Source: Antedon mediterranea (Eukaryota; Animalia; Echinodermata). From it: a stretch of 64,000 bases of DNA. The position numbers and the translations under genes are program-made. The notes below the pieces were generated by a model, which searched no databases, was not told the DNA's origin, and worked only from the letters and a program-made list of their open reading frames with translations. This document shows positions 27,201 to 40,335 of this stretch, one piece after another. The stretch spans positions 21,387,648 to 21,451,647 of the forward strand of contig NC_092673.1 of NCBI RefSeq assembly GCF_964355755.1, read 5' to 3'. The stretch's first letter is position 1. The number at the start of each line of letters is the position of its first letter.

Positions 27201-30200
27201 ACAAGCTAACTTAGTCAACACAGTTCCCGCCCTGTGAGACACCTACCGAGCTAAGGTTAATGTATATGAACACACCTTTGCTGTTTAATGGCTCTAGATT
27301 TCCTAAAAGTTCATAATTAGAGCCTTGTCAATCAGCAATTTTTTTACCTTTTTTTAAAATTTGCTTTTTCAACTGATTTATCAACAAGATGAAATTTCAA
27401 TTTAGTTACCAAAAGTTTTCAAGAAACTTTATAATTTTAAATAGTATTTGTTTTTTTTTCAAAACGTAACTACTAAACGTGATCGCCACCTAGGCCTAGT
27501 ATATTAGGATCATACAAATAAAATTTTTCTACTGTAGTTATTACATTTTTTACTGCAACGCATATGATGCAATAAATAATGTGTACAGTATGAAAACTAG
27601 AAAAAGCTTGCAACAAAATTGGAAAACTGTTAATAATTTACAGAGTAAATAAAATTTAGTTTATACTGCAGTAACTGCAGTAGAATAATTTCCTGTGGTC
27701 CTTCCTTCTTTAAATAAACTGTTTGATTAAAGATTAAAACATAATTGTGTCTAGGATACAAGGTAAATATTGCTTGTTCATTTTGAGAGTGGAAAAGACG
27801 TTAATAAGAGGAAACGAAAGAACTGCCCTACCCATGCCTGTTCTTACCATTTAACAGAGATAATGTGCGTTGGTTTTCCTCCTAGTAGGCGCCCTCGTTA
27901 GAGGCATCTACCCCACATTGGAATAGCTGTCAGCATAATGTCGAAATTATCAAGATATGGGATGTCTGTGTCAGCTACCGTTTACTGTAGGTTAAGCGAC
28001 ACTGCTTAATTGCAAATTTTGTTTAACTTAATTAAGAAATTACACTTTGATAGTAAACAGTGATTGGGTTTTACATTTTAACCTAGTTTATTATTTGTTT
28101 AAATTAAATTTATTACAAGTTTAAATAACATTAGTTATAACCTTAATAACTTTAAATTTAGTAGAAATATTACTATAATTTATAATATATTAGGAAAAAA
28201 AATCTACAATTAATTTTCAAATGTCAGGTAAAGGCAAATTTTCTTACATAAAGATTATGTTTTAGTAGTTCAGTAATATTTTCTACATTGCATGTAAATT
28301 AATAATTAAAATATATTTTATCTATCAATATAAAAAAAAATGTCTTGTTCATTTTAGTATCCATCGTAATAAGTTGGCATGGTAATATTACACAATACAG
28401 CTGTTTATTTTATCAGTAGTAAATAACTATCGCTTAGTCAACTATGTATCATAGCTTTACATCACTCAGTATTACACAGTGAATAATAATTTAATATTAG
28501 AATTATTATATTATGATGAATAGCAACATATAAGCAGCCTACACATTACTACTCACTAATCTGGAATGCACTAAGCCTGTCAAATCAATCAGACAACGTT
28601 AGCGACGCTGAAAATAAAACAAGTATTTTCTGCCTAGTCACACATGGTGTTTAGCCGGATTTCGACAGCAGCCAATCTGGGACTTGTTTCTTAATGGAAC
28701 GTTTCCACATCCGACAGTGTCACATGTAGAGGGCAATGCGCAAGAGGACGCAAACTATAGCCTGTGATAACCTAACTGTAAAACCTTCCCTAAAAACTTC
28801 CGTAAGAGATTGAGTTTTAATTTTAAATTTGTCGAATCAATTTGCATACTTGGGGTATTACATGCAGTTCAACAGCAATAACTAATGAGTTGCTGCTGTG
28901 GCAAACAAAATAGTCACATGATTAAATCACATGATTTAGTTTTTAGTATTACAAATCGCATTCTGATTAAGCGGCCAATTCAAATTTAACATAAATATAC
29001 TACCAAATAATAACGTCAAACTCTAACAAAGTAATGCATAAAGTGATTAACCAATGGTTCTTCAATTTTAGATTATTTTTACTTTTTTATTTATATTACC
29101 ATTTTTTAGGAGTCACTGCTCTGTTGGCAATACTTTTATTAATTCAACATCGAGTTCTTACAATATGATTAATGAATTTTGTTTTATCGTACATACTGCA
29201 TTTTGCGAAAAAAAAATGATGAATAAATTAATATAATTAATTTATGGAAAATACTTCTTGACCTTCAAAGAGTTGGATATTAATTTACATTTAATTAATC
29301 TTTTTTTCTTCATTTATTTAATTTCTTATTGACCTTGTTAAGTTTCTGTTTTAACGACAAAAATATAAACGTATTACGGTAATTATTTATCTATAAATGA
29401 TTGTGACCTTGTGGCTACAATATAATAGTTTTTTTTTAATTAGTTAACAATTTTAGAGCTTCAAAATCGCACTGCTTGTATAGAAACAGCGAGGAGTCGG
29501 AATAACCCTTTAAATAAAGTGATATAAGGTACACTACTTCTTAAGAACTACTTATTTTCAATAAATGATAATCAGGTGCGGATTTTAAACAGGCTTTAGC
29601 CCCCCTAAAATTTAACAGCCATGTCTTTTAAAAATAAAATAATATAAACTATTTTTATTTTTCTGCCACCCGACGGATGGTTTTTATCATTTATAAAATA
29701 TTTATCCACCTAATCTATAATTCTGGATCCGCGCCTGATAATATTCAATAAATATTTGTTGATTAGTTTTGAAAAAGTTCATTAAAATCTGGGCGTAGCA
29801 GGATACTACATTCTGCTAGGAAGTTTACAAACTTTAGAGCAACATTAAGTTAAAAAGTTAAAAAACAAAACGTGCCACATCTCAATACTTTCACTTTTGA
29901 TTTCCCACATCAAACCCCCCATTACATTTAGCGTAAACAAGTTTATACGTCAAAAAACACCCTTCCATCTCATAATGAAGTAATTTAAATGTTAAAACGA
30001 CAACAAATTTGGTTAAGTGAGCCGGATGAGGAGACACAGCAAAGATAAACCAAGCCCACCCTCCTATCATCCTAGAGGATTGTCATGTGGGAACAGCTCT
30101 CAAGTACATTTCAGACTGGAAAGTAACTGATCCTCCTAATTCCCTTAGGCATTGAAAAAACAAACATGTTTAATATTTATTAAATGTTTGAAAATTAACG

Positions 30201-33200
30201 ACGACACTTTAGGTGTGTACACGCCCAACAGGCGCGATAGGCGCTGCATCCAATAAGTGCAAGACACTATGTAAACAACTTGCTTCATGCAGCTTCAATA
30301 AGTTTTAAATACATTATTTTTCATAATGCATTACAAATCTTTTGCAAATTCAATAAACATATTTCTGTTTACTCTTGTATTATGAACATTCTTTATAATG
30401 AAGTAATTATTATTATTATATTTTATTAATTTGATCTGTAAAAACAGAATATAGATATGAGTGGTATGCACATGAGGTAGAAAAGGTTTTAAAACATGAT
30501 TAGGACAAGTGGACAAAAATGCAGACTATAGGATTTAGAAAATGATGATGAGGGAGGGAAGGGAACAAAATTATACATTTAACAAGTATTTTCAACAAGC
30601 CCTACTGGGCATGCTCAATCCAACTTCCTCGCCAATTAATCTCAAGGATATTAATCGTGTAAGATGTCTGGTTAGCAAAGCAGTTGGATTACCGTAAATA
30701 AAGATATATAAACACCATGTGTATGTTGAAATCACGTGTACATGGTTTACGGACAGACCTAGATAGGATGACCCAATTATATGAGGACTCCAAATTGTTG
30801 CTCATTTTGTATTTTAACCCCAATTATAACTAGATATTTAAATTGGTTTTGTCATGAGGATTTATCGCTATCATTTCAGAATTTTTCTTTCTCCTTTAAT
30901 GCAGTCGCCGCATATCAGAAGTTACTAGCGTAAAATATTTTTATGTGTTCGTGCATTTAACATGCTTACTATAATTAAATTCATCATTAGCCATAATTTA
31001 TAAAAATTAAATTAATGAATTATGGCATCTTATTTTGTCAAATATTTTTCAAATAATTGTCATATTCCAAATGCATACAGTGAGTATAGCGTTCGCCTTA
31101 TAAATGGGTTTATGGCATGGGTTGTTAGATTAGAAGACAGCAGAAATTAATTTATGAATAATTAATAATTAAGCATTAGCACTATTTCAGCGGAATTAGA
31201 ACAGGTTTTATTTCATCTAGACTCAACCCTGAAAGAAAAGCAATGACCCGTACTGTTTCTACAATTTAAAGACACAATGCTTGTCTACTACTACTGCAAA
31301 TGTGATAATGGCATCTATGTCTACCAACCACCTAGTCTACAGGTTTAACAACACTTTTGGCTCATTAGAATAAGCTGGGGGTGATATTATAAAACATAGC
31401 TGATAGATGACGTACTGAGTTACATACTCATAAACATGTCTGTGAAAATGCATACTAATGAGGGTGATTAGCATAATATCAATATTCATGATAACCATTA
31501 CTTATCCTGATGCATGCATTGCTGCTTACCTTAGTGCTCATTGGTTTTGCGTGGTACGTCACCATCGTAGTCTGTTCACAATCTAATGTGATACTTGTGT
31601 TGTGAAAAGATTCTTTAGAGTGTTTTAAAACATAGTATGCGTCAGTTACACCGCCCTCAAAAATGCTACGAAAATACCGAGGAATCAGTGTTCTTCCAAT
31701 TGCTGAAAAAGTCATTCAGATTTTTACATTAACATGAAAATTAACAGTAACAACTGAATTACCATCCTAAATTTATACTACAGTATATCTTGTTTTAATG
31801 CTGAGGAACCCTAAGCTTAAAGGATCATCCTATGCTATGCCATATATTGTTATTTTTACCGTAGTTTTATTGGTGTACACGGCTGTCTACTTTACATATG
31901 GATAGCATTAAAAATTACATAACTGTATCAATTCACAGTTATATAATTTTTAGTAGATTGTAGATTAATTTGTATATTTACTGTTGACCAACTGGCACTG
32001 CACCTCTTTGGTATTCGCATTCCTTTTACATCTGTATTGTACTTGGTAGAAATTTAAATAAACAAATAAAATGATCAAGTTTGAAAATTGCATTGATTAG
32101 TCTTACTGTATCGCTTGGGTCCATCTTCAAGACAGAACGATAACGTCAACGTCGCATCATCTTCAAAAAACTCTGTTGCAAACGCATCCCACCATAAGTT
32201 GTCACTATCCTGAAATTGATATAGACCACAAATTATTTTATATAATTTTCTAAATTGAAAAAGATTTTTATAGATTTATTTAATTATAAAGTTAGATAAT
32301 GCTTTAAAAATAATTAATTTTTATCTAATAAAACGTTTAAAAAAACATCCAATTAATACAAACTGGCCTTCACGATATTAAAATAAATTTGCAAGGAGAT
32401 ACGCCTCCAGGTATGACAACGGATAATGCAGATAATATTAGCGAAACTTCATTTTTAATTAAATTGTAAGTTAAAAATAAGTTGAAAAGGTCAGGTAAGA
32501 ATTTGATAGGTACTGTACAGAGTGCCAAATATATTTAGGGTATATAATACTCTTACTGTAGACCTTATATTTTTACGAATAAATCTAAAATATATTCTTG
32601 GAGGCTGTTTCTTAGCGAATTTTGGTTGATTCAAGTAAAAGTTATCGGACATTCTGTATCATTAGAATTTGTGTCATTAAATAATTTGCATTATTTAAAG
32701 GACACAGGTATATAGATATTTTTCCATCAAAATATAATTTCCCACCAAAAGGTACTTAATGGGGCCAAAATAAAACGTTATCTTCATTCAAATATACCAA
32801 CTGGCAATTGGTTTTAAAAACAAGGTGTAAAGTATTCGATAAACTACCAGACTGCAATAAATATATACAGGTATATACACATTAATTTCCCACATATAAA
32901 AAAAAAAGAAGGTACTTAATGGGGCCAAAATAAAACATTATCTTTATCCAAATATACCAACTGGCAATTGGTTTTAAAAACAGGGTGTAAAGTATCTGAT
33001 AAACTACCAGACTGCAATTAATATATAGGTATATAAACATTTTTCTATCAAAATATAATTTCCCACTTATCAAAAAAAAAATAGGTACTTAATGGGGCCA
33101 AAAATAAAAGTTATCTTCATCCAAAAATACGAATTGGCAATTGGTTTTAAAAACAGGGTGTAAAGTATCCGATAAACTACCGGGCTGCAATTAAGAGGCG

Positions 33201-36200
33201 TATAACGACGGGAAGTGTTGTGAATATTTGTGGCATTCTAGGTAACCTTGCTAATGATCACTTAAAGAAAAGGGATATGTGTTTGGTATAGATAGTCAAA
33301 AGAGATGAGCATTCAGGCTATTAATACTTCCTATCACTGGTATTATAACATGCCAGCTAAAGAAGTGAACATAAGGGTACAAAATAAACAAATGTAAATT
33401 TTCTGTCAGTCTTAAACTAAAAACTTCTACGAAATGTGATTTACTGTAATATAATTTCTGAATTCTATACATGGACGAAACAAATAATTTACATGCTTGA
33501 TATATACAGTAGTATGATCTAAATGTATATTTTATATTTGACAGAATACTAGAATCTGGGGAGGTACGAAATTTGGGGAAAATTAGGAGGTGGATTATGT
33601 TATCATAGTTACCGTATGGCTATTGCATTATCAATATTATCAAATATGTAATAAATGTCAATAAAATAAATGAAAAACAAACAATTTTAAAGGCATATTG
33701 AAAAAATGTCCCGAAAAGTGCATATTGTGCATTTTTCAGAGACGTATACTCTAATTAGTCTCATGGGTGGATCCAAGGCCCCCCCTCTACCCGCTCCCCC
33801 TGGGCCCCTTCTAAATTTCTAAATGAAATGCAAAAGATGGGACATAAAGTTAAGCTCAGCCCTTTATTTTACCATTTTTAGGCCCTGGGTCTCCCTATTT
33901 CAAAATCAAGTCAATTCTTGAGAACATGAATTTGATGGCTTCATTTTCAATGCAGGTAAATCCAAATCATTGTTTAAAAATAAAATATACATTATACAGT
34001 ATACTATATATATCACATTATTTACAGCCGCCAACGAAATCGGTTGTCAACTATCTACATAACCCCTAAATAATACACCTAACCCTCTAAATTAACTGAA
34101 GTTAACCCCTAAAGAATCTCACCCCCTCAACAAAAATTGTATGCTGATTTCGTTGGTTATCTGTAAATGCTCAAAACCATAGATTGTAGTATTATAACAT
34201 TTACAGTAGCAAACATTGAAAATTACATTACTATGAATATTATAATTTTTAGTATGCTCACAATTTTAAATTCAGACCTTATTGTACTTAAATATTTCAT
34301 ACATTATTCAGTAAGATGATATAAAACGTGTAACAATATAAATATATAACACATCACAAAATAGAACAATAATAAAAACACAAACAATAGACTAGTACTA
34401 GTAGAATATTAAAACAACAAAATGTTAAAACATACCTCATTCCTATGCTGTAAACGTTTATTGAGTTCAAACATTCTGAAGTCAGGCTGGCTCATAAACG
34501 GCATGTGTCGTCTGTAAAACGGAGGAGGAGGGGGAGGACATTGTTGGTTATTAGTATACATTTCAGGTATAGTAGCCATAGTGCTTTTCAATACTTAACT
34601 TCTACTACTACGGTTCTATTCTCTGTCATTGACCAGGCTTGCATGTGAGTGTAATACACAGTACATGTAATCAATCACGACTAATGAAGCATAATTTATG
34701 TAGCTTATGGCTATGTAAGCTCATCTCTGATTGGTTGATTACTACAGTCAGCTGGGTATTGATTGGATGGTGTGTGCTAGCAAAGAATATGGCCAAGTAC
34801 ACAGATATATTTATTCTGGGCAGAGAGACAATAATGACCCAAGAAGCTCTGTACAGGGTCAACTTATTATTAACCCGGCACATACCAACAACTAAAATAG
34901 GGAGATATTTTGTATCAATAATCATACCAAAAAGAAATCAACATGAATAGATAATCATATTCTAACACTGAAACTGTATCAAATACCTTGGCTTTTACCA
35001 TTACCAATGTTAATACAAATTTTAAAATATAACACTGTAAAATGCAATACAGTATGTAAAAATTATCCAGTATTCAATGTCTATTCTATTAACTTATTTA
35101 CCTAGTTTAAGAATTCCAATTTAACCATTTTAGTTTTAATAGGCATAGAAAAATCACAAAAATATCAAATTAACTGGTATTTTACATCAATAAAATTGTT
35201 TTGCTCAAATTTTAAAATGATGCAGTGTTTAGAAAAAAAACTTCAGATTCATCAAACCGGCTATTTTTATCAGAAGCAATATTATAGTGTTTTAAAACGT
35301 AATACAATATTTTTGTTTTTAAATACATAAAAATATATTTTCTTTGGCTGGCTGACTTAATCATAGGGCCTGTTTCTGCTGCAACTGCTCAAAATACGGT
35401 ATAAAAATACGGTATAAAATACGGTATTTTTTATACCGTATTTTTTAGTACCCCGTTTCTGCTAACAATACTTCTTGGGTGGTCGTGTTAAATTTCATCT
35501 TTTTTACCCAAATTGCCATTCATTTATTTGATCGATAATTAAAAGTCGCAATAAAGGAAGTTTTACGTCTCACTTTCAACAGCCTAGCCCTAGTGATAGA
35601 GATGTTGTGAGAGCACAGAAAACATCGTAATGGGGACAATTAATTCGTTCCCTCCCCGAGTTATTGTATTTTGCAATGTTGTACTGCTTTCGCAGGCTCT
35701 TCAGCTTTGAGTTTACTTGCTTTGGAGACAAGTCTATTCCATACTCCTGCTTTATTTTTTTAGAAATGTCTTTATAAATGTGGTTGTCCCTTTTATTACC
35801 TTTTAGTTGGCTAGACATTTTAGCTTCCCCACACAAATTTATTTAGTAAAACTGTGACGTCTTCGCTCCACATTTTCGCCGAATATACACGTGTGTAAAA
35901 CAGCTGACAGCGACAGAAAATAAAAATACGAATGTTGACCTTTTAGTCATGTAAAAAAAAAATACGGTATTTTTTATTGGCAGCAGAAACGGGTACAAAA
36001 AATACGGTATAAATTTGTAAATACCGTATTTTATCCACAAATTTTGTGGAGAAAATACGGTATACAAAATACGGTATATTTTTTATGAGCGCAGTTTCTG
36101 CTGCCAAAAATATACCGTATATATACGGTATTCAAAAAATACCGTATATTTTTTATGAGCGCAGTTTCTGCTGCCAAAAATATACCGTATATATACGGTA

Positions 36201-39200
36201 TTCAAAAAATACCGTATAATATACGGTATTTAGTTGGCAGCAGAAACAGGGCCATAGTGATTGACTTAATCACTGCAATCTGAATATAAATACGCAATTC
36301 TTTCTTTGATAAGTTGGATGCTTTGGATAATTTTGCCTAAAGGTATAACTAATGTATGAAGTATGATGAATGTCATTATGATAATAAGGTAACATACAGT
36401 ATGTATGATACTATCAAAACATAAGAACATTCAAAACACTTGACAAACAATGTGATGTGCCCAAATATGGTAGTGATATGCCCAAATATGGTACTCTATG
36501 ACATCATCATGTCTATATATGGGCACATTACATTTTTTTGTAATTATAAAGTATGATAGTGTCGACAGAGCTTAACCAGTATAGTATAGTTCTGTATTTA
36601 CCATGAATACTATTAATATCCAGTCGGTTTTAAAAAAATAACCTCAGAAAAATTAAAACAGTAACGCTCCAAAAATAAAGCTTTTAAACTTTTCCCGATT
36701 TATACCAATTACCATCAAAATATATTCAGATGTAAAGTCTGATTTGGGTCCAGTCGAAGAGTGTCGGATTCTGGGATTGTATACTTTAATATCATCACAG
36801 TTTTGCGTATTTTATTTATTTAATGTTTTTAAAATGATGATGTAATTGGTAATAAAAAATATTAAGAGCAAGAATAATACATTGAACTAGTTTTTCTTAT
36901 AACATCTTCCTACAACAAGACAACAACAATAACACATGTGTAATATTGTATGATTAAAGTTTTCTTGAGAGGCCCTGCCAACTGTAAAAATAGAAAATAC
37001 AGTCATATACTGTATTCAATATATTAGTCATAAAGTAGTCAATGAATAACAGGTTACAACAGAACATAGCAGAACCTGTAGTAATATAACTACAAAATGA
37101 TTCACTCGTACTCAACGCAGTTTATCATCACAAAAATTGCGTACAACCGATACTAGAGAAAAAAAAACCGGAGAAAATGGAACAGTCCAAAAAATAATCT
37201 CAAGGCAATTGGTAAAGTAATGGTTAACATAGGAACATTCTGAAGAAAACAAATTAAGACGAAAGCGTCGCGGAGTTGTTAAACCTAGAAATCAGCAGGC
37301 CCATACTTCCTCCGCATCATCAAGTTTTCATTGGTTAGCGTCAGAGTCTCTGTTTGTTCCTTCCTTCTAGATCAACTTGGAAGTAAAACATACTAATTTC
37401 GAGTCAACTATGAGCATGTCAAATAAACGCAACTACGGTTATTACTCAAATAAGGTGACAAACAGTGATAAATACTATCATTCGACTCCACTCCTTGTCG
37501 GGCGTACGCCTAAAGTTTCATCGCAGACCTGCCACAAATTTAGAACGGGTTAATTAGTCGTTAAGTGTCTACAGGAATATCGAGGGATTATATTGATTAG
37601 CAGGAAGTTCTTTAAACCGTAATCAGCTAAAACCACAACGACATAACACAAATCACAATTTCTTACTATACATAATATAATGTACATTCATGCGCTTTCA
37701 TCAATGAAATAGTTGAAATATTCCGATTATAATAATATGTTGATTTTGAGGGTATGATTGATGTAGCGCCCTCGTCGTCATTTGTCATGATCTGAATTGA
37801 ATATTAAGCATGTCCACTTGAACATGATGGTACATACTTACTGTATTTTGTCACAATTTTGTTCAGAAATTTATTTGATAATTTTTAATTGGTGAGTTAT
37901 GTCTAACTGTAGTGTACAGTAAAAATGTAGGGAAGGGGATTGGATATTGATTCAATTCAATTTATCTATTATTGGTCCAATTCAAATAGTAATATATTAC
38001 TGTAAACTTTAATAAGTCATTAAATTATAATAATTATAAAAAATATAAAAGATCAACATTTTGAAAATTTATAAAATAATTAATAGAATCACAAAATTAA
38101 ATAATTAATATCTAAATATTTAATATTTAAAACATTTCACACACAGTAGTAATTGTGTACTATATTTTAATGTTGTTTATTGACAATATGAACAGTGATT
38201 ACAGTTTTTCTGCTGTAACCTGCTTTCACTTAAAAACATCAAAGCAATTTTTTTACCCTTTAATTAACTGATGAATTAAAACAAATTTAAGCTGCACGCA
38301 AAGACTCTGGATGGCAGCCAAGTGAGAATTTACAAAGTAAATAATAACTAATTAATAAGTTTATAAGTATTTTCAGGGATGTCTAACATGCTAATACCTT
38401 AACTTTCGGTTACAGTTTTATATACTGTACTTAACTAAGCTCTCAATGACAAAGTTGTAAAAATACAGAATACAAAATGAACAGGGAAACGTTTATAATT
38501 AATAAACTATTATGCCCTTACAAAATTACACTAAAATTAATATTATAATTTAAAAATATTATAAAAATTATTTTAAATATCAATTTAAATATTCATGATT
38601 TTGTTAATAAATACTGTCTTAATGACTTGTATTGTAAACAAAGTTGTAAAAATAAATGTAAAAATACAAAATACATAATGGATAGGGACAAATTATTTTA
38701 AATATCAATTTAATTATTCATGATTTTGTTAATTAATACGGCATCCTAATAACAATTAATTGATACCAAATAGTGTGACGTTCTAATCATGTTAGCACAC
38801 ATTGCAGGAAATTTTAATTTTTAATAATTCTTCCTTTCTTTATTTTTATCAAACTTCCTAATTTTGTTATAGTAATTCTTATCTTTATTAACAATAGGCC
38901 AGCTATTGTAAGTCTCCTGTGAGTTTAATAACCTAAAGAAAAGTAACCAGTTCTAATAAATAAAGACAATGCAGTTCTGCTGATTAGTTAGCTCCTTTTT
39001 ATTACCAGTAATTACTTCATTTACCAGTAATTACTTCATTTACCAAGTCATATTTAGGGAGGTCGGCTAAAATACATTTTAGGATTTAAATAAAAATTAA
39101 ACCGGTCAACCTTACTAATATTAGAAAGAAAGGCACTCCAAGAGTGCATACCTCCGTCTACTGTAAAATTCCGCTACATAAGATTTCTCCCGAAAACATA

Positions 39201-40335
39201 TATTTTTTCATTTTTGTGTATAATGCTATGTGTAAACTGTGATTTCACTAATTTCACTACAATAGTACAACTTTGTGAATGTGAGTTTGGTGTAATGGTT
39301 ATATACTGTACAGCCTTACACAGTTGAGGTCCCTGGTTCAATTCCTACTAAGGATCTTTTTTTTTCATCATCCTTATTTTTTTTTTTTTTTTTTTCCTAT
39401 CTTTTAACCCTAACAGGTCTGAAAATAGTAATAATAATAAGTGGTCCAGGATCCCAATTCTGGACCACTTATTTGGATTTCCTCCAAAATGTAATGAAGT
39501 GGTTCTTGTCCACATATCTATCTTTGGTTTCAATTTGGTAAATATCTAGCAATATAACTTTTTGAGTAATCCTGCAAACAAACACACACGCGATCGACTA
39601 CATCTTGCTTTTTTAACAAGGAAGGCAGAAGAAATGTTGTTTTATACAGTAGTAAAATAAATATAACATTTACTGATTTCAATTCAACATAAACAGTGTA
39701 ATAAATGTTTCTAATACTGTATTAAAATGACTGTAATAATTTCTTGGTAAAATACATAAAGCTACAGAGACAGAAAAAGAAAATACAAACAATTGTTTTT
39801 ACTATAAATAAAAACATTAAAGTTTGCCATCAATGTACAGTATGTTTAAAGATGTATTTTCCCCCTGAAAAAATAATTCTTAAACAAATTTTTGTTGAAT
39901 TTAACCTAAAAGAACTGTATTGAAAGCAAAAAATAGTCAAATTGGCAGCCAGCCGATGGGTTTTTGGTTGAATTTATCTATTTATTTTTTTAATTTTAAG
40001 TGCAAACATTAATTTTTTTCTTCTTTTTTTTTCTACGGAAGTGATTAACTTTATTTTCATGTTTTTGGGGAACAATACATCTTTATTAATAACTATGTTT
40101 TCATTATTCTTACGATATTGTTTTTCTTTTGGTACAGTACTGTTATTTTTACTATTACTACTGTAGCCCTCTCAGTAATGGCATGGGTCATATCACACTA
40201 TTACACCTATATAGTATCTTGATACTCTGATTTCATGGCAATAAGTAATAACTGGTAAAATGATTGTACTTACGGTGGGAAGCCAGGATGGTGGTCACGG
40301 GCATCTATGGGCCCTGGTATACCTGGAGCAGGCAT
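15276..40335 (-). CDS. LDB2: LIM domain-binding protein (LDB1/LDB2, Chip/NLI/CLIM family), distal-start isoform
   Basis: Exons: 40335-40274 (MPAPGIPGPIDARDHHPGFP); 34511-34436 (RHMPFMSQPDFRMFELNKRLQHRNE); 32209-32107 (DSDNLWWDAFATEFFEDDATLTLSFCLEDGPKRY); 31702-31530 (TIGRTLIPRYF...); 19199-19077 (ICTEGRLILEFTFDDLMRI...); 18195-18118; 17941-17818 (LCVILEPMQELMSRHK...FQKWQRMVAPP); 16221-16070 (NLS KKRRRK); 15524-15276 (LID: DVMVVGEPSLMGGDFGDEDERLISRLEN). All phases fit. The core is unmistakable; the distal first exon is less certain. Probably a co-ortholog of LDB1 and LDB2. Confidence 0.93.
15680..15845 (-). mobile_element. SINE fragment with Nin/Deu-like central domain
   Basis: Minus strand CTTCGGATGAGATGTGAAGCCG...TTAAAGAAC...AAGAGTAGGG...CCCGGTGT, related to the core of the 40806-41121 SINE. 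Confidence 0.55.
16391..16529. mobile_element. MITE family A, copy 2
   Basis: TAA|AGCTCTGTCTACACTATCAAACT...AGTTTGATAGTGTAGACAAAGCT|TAA. Confidence 0.85.
18268..19020. repeat. 36-bp minisatellite (CTACCTCAGACCATTACACCCATCTCAGCCCTTTAGGT), about 20 units, in an LDB intron
   Basis: Direct reading; units grade into 36/38-bp variants toward 19020. Confidence 0.95.
22180..22359. mobile_element. MITE family A, copy 3
   Basis: TTA|AGCTCTGTCTACACTATCAAACT...GACAGAGCT|TTA. Confidence 0.85.
23464..23692. repeat. ~59-bp tandem repeat, about 4 copies
   Basis: TTGCATATTAAGTTCATTATTAGGCTTTAAGCAAAATTATATATTCAACATTTATTAAT repeated. Confidence 0.9.
25700..26675. repeat. Pyrimidine-rich minisatellite (TCTTTTTCTCACATCTTCCTCCTTTTCTTTC, ~29-37-bp units)
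   Basis: About 1 kb almost without G on the plus strand; recurrent TTCTCACA anchor. Confidence 0.95.
29574..29737. mobile_element. hAT-type MITE remnant
   Basis: CAGGTGCGGAT...GGATCCGCGCCTG inverted ends. Confidence 0.45.
32705..33195. repeat. ~165-bp tandem repeat, 3 copies
   Basis: AGGTACTTAATGGGGCCAAAATAAAA...TGGCAATTGGTTTTAAAAACA...GATAAACTACC at ~32750, ~32910 and ~33083. Confidence 0.9.
34436..34579 (-). CDS. LDB2: Alternative proximal first coding exon of LDB (MATIPEMYTNNQQCPPPPPPFYRRHMPFM...)
   Basis: Open frame from ATG 34579 into the shared exon; PFYRRH matches my recollection of the vertebrate LDB2 N-terminus (PFYRRHTPYM). Confidence 0.65.
34720..34775 (-). promoter_or_regulatory. 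Putative internal LDB promoter with two CCAAT boxes
   Basis: Plus-strand TGATTGG at ~34728 and ~34760 (CCAATCA on the LDB sense strand), 150-190 bp upstream of ATG 34579. Confidence 0.4.
35366..36253 (-). mobile_element. PIF/Harbinger deletion derivative retaining a Myb/SANT-like (trihelix) ORF fragment
   Basis: TIRs GGGCCTGTTTCTGCTGC...GCAGCAGAAACAGGGCC, 3-bp duplication ATA, many AATACGGTAT subterminal repeats, ORF 35576-35836 (NHIYKDISKKIKQEYGIDLSPKQVNSKLKSLRKQY...SGRERINCPHYD). Confidence 0.75.
36440..36572. mobile_element. MITE family A, copy 4 (5'-degenerate)
   Basis: GTGATGTGCCCAAATATGGTA repeats and right TIR TGATAGTGTCGACAGAGCT|TAA. Confidence 0.7.
38445..38740. repeat. Imperfect local duplication (~130-190 bp)
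   Basis: ACAAAGTTGTAAAAATA and TTATTTTAAATATCAATTTAA(A/T)TATTCATGATTTTGTTAA each occur twice. Confidence 0.6.
39122..39625 (+). mobile_element. HINE/Helentron-like non-autonomous element, degenerate copy, with internal tRNA-like cassette
   Basis: GGCACTCCAAGAGTGCATACCTCCGTCTACTGTAAAATTCC start shared with 42158-42597; CA microsatellite near the 3' end. Confidence 0.6.
39850..40082. mobile_element. Kolobok-like TTAA MITE, copy 2
   Basis: TTAA|AGATGTATTTTCCCC...GGGGAACAATACATCT|TTA. Confidence 0.75.

Noticed and set aside
36700-36810. Candidate extra LDB exon between the two first exons
   Set aside because: No phase-compatible donor/acceptor pair, one frame has a stop, and there is no similarity I can recognise.
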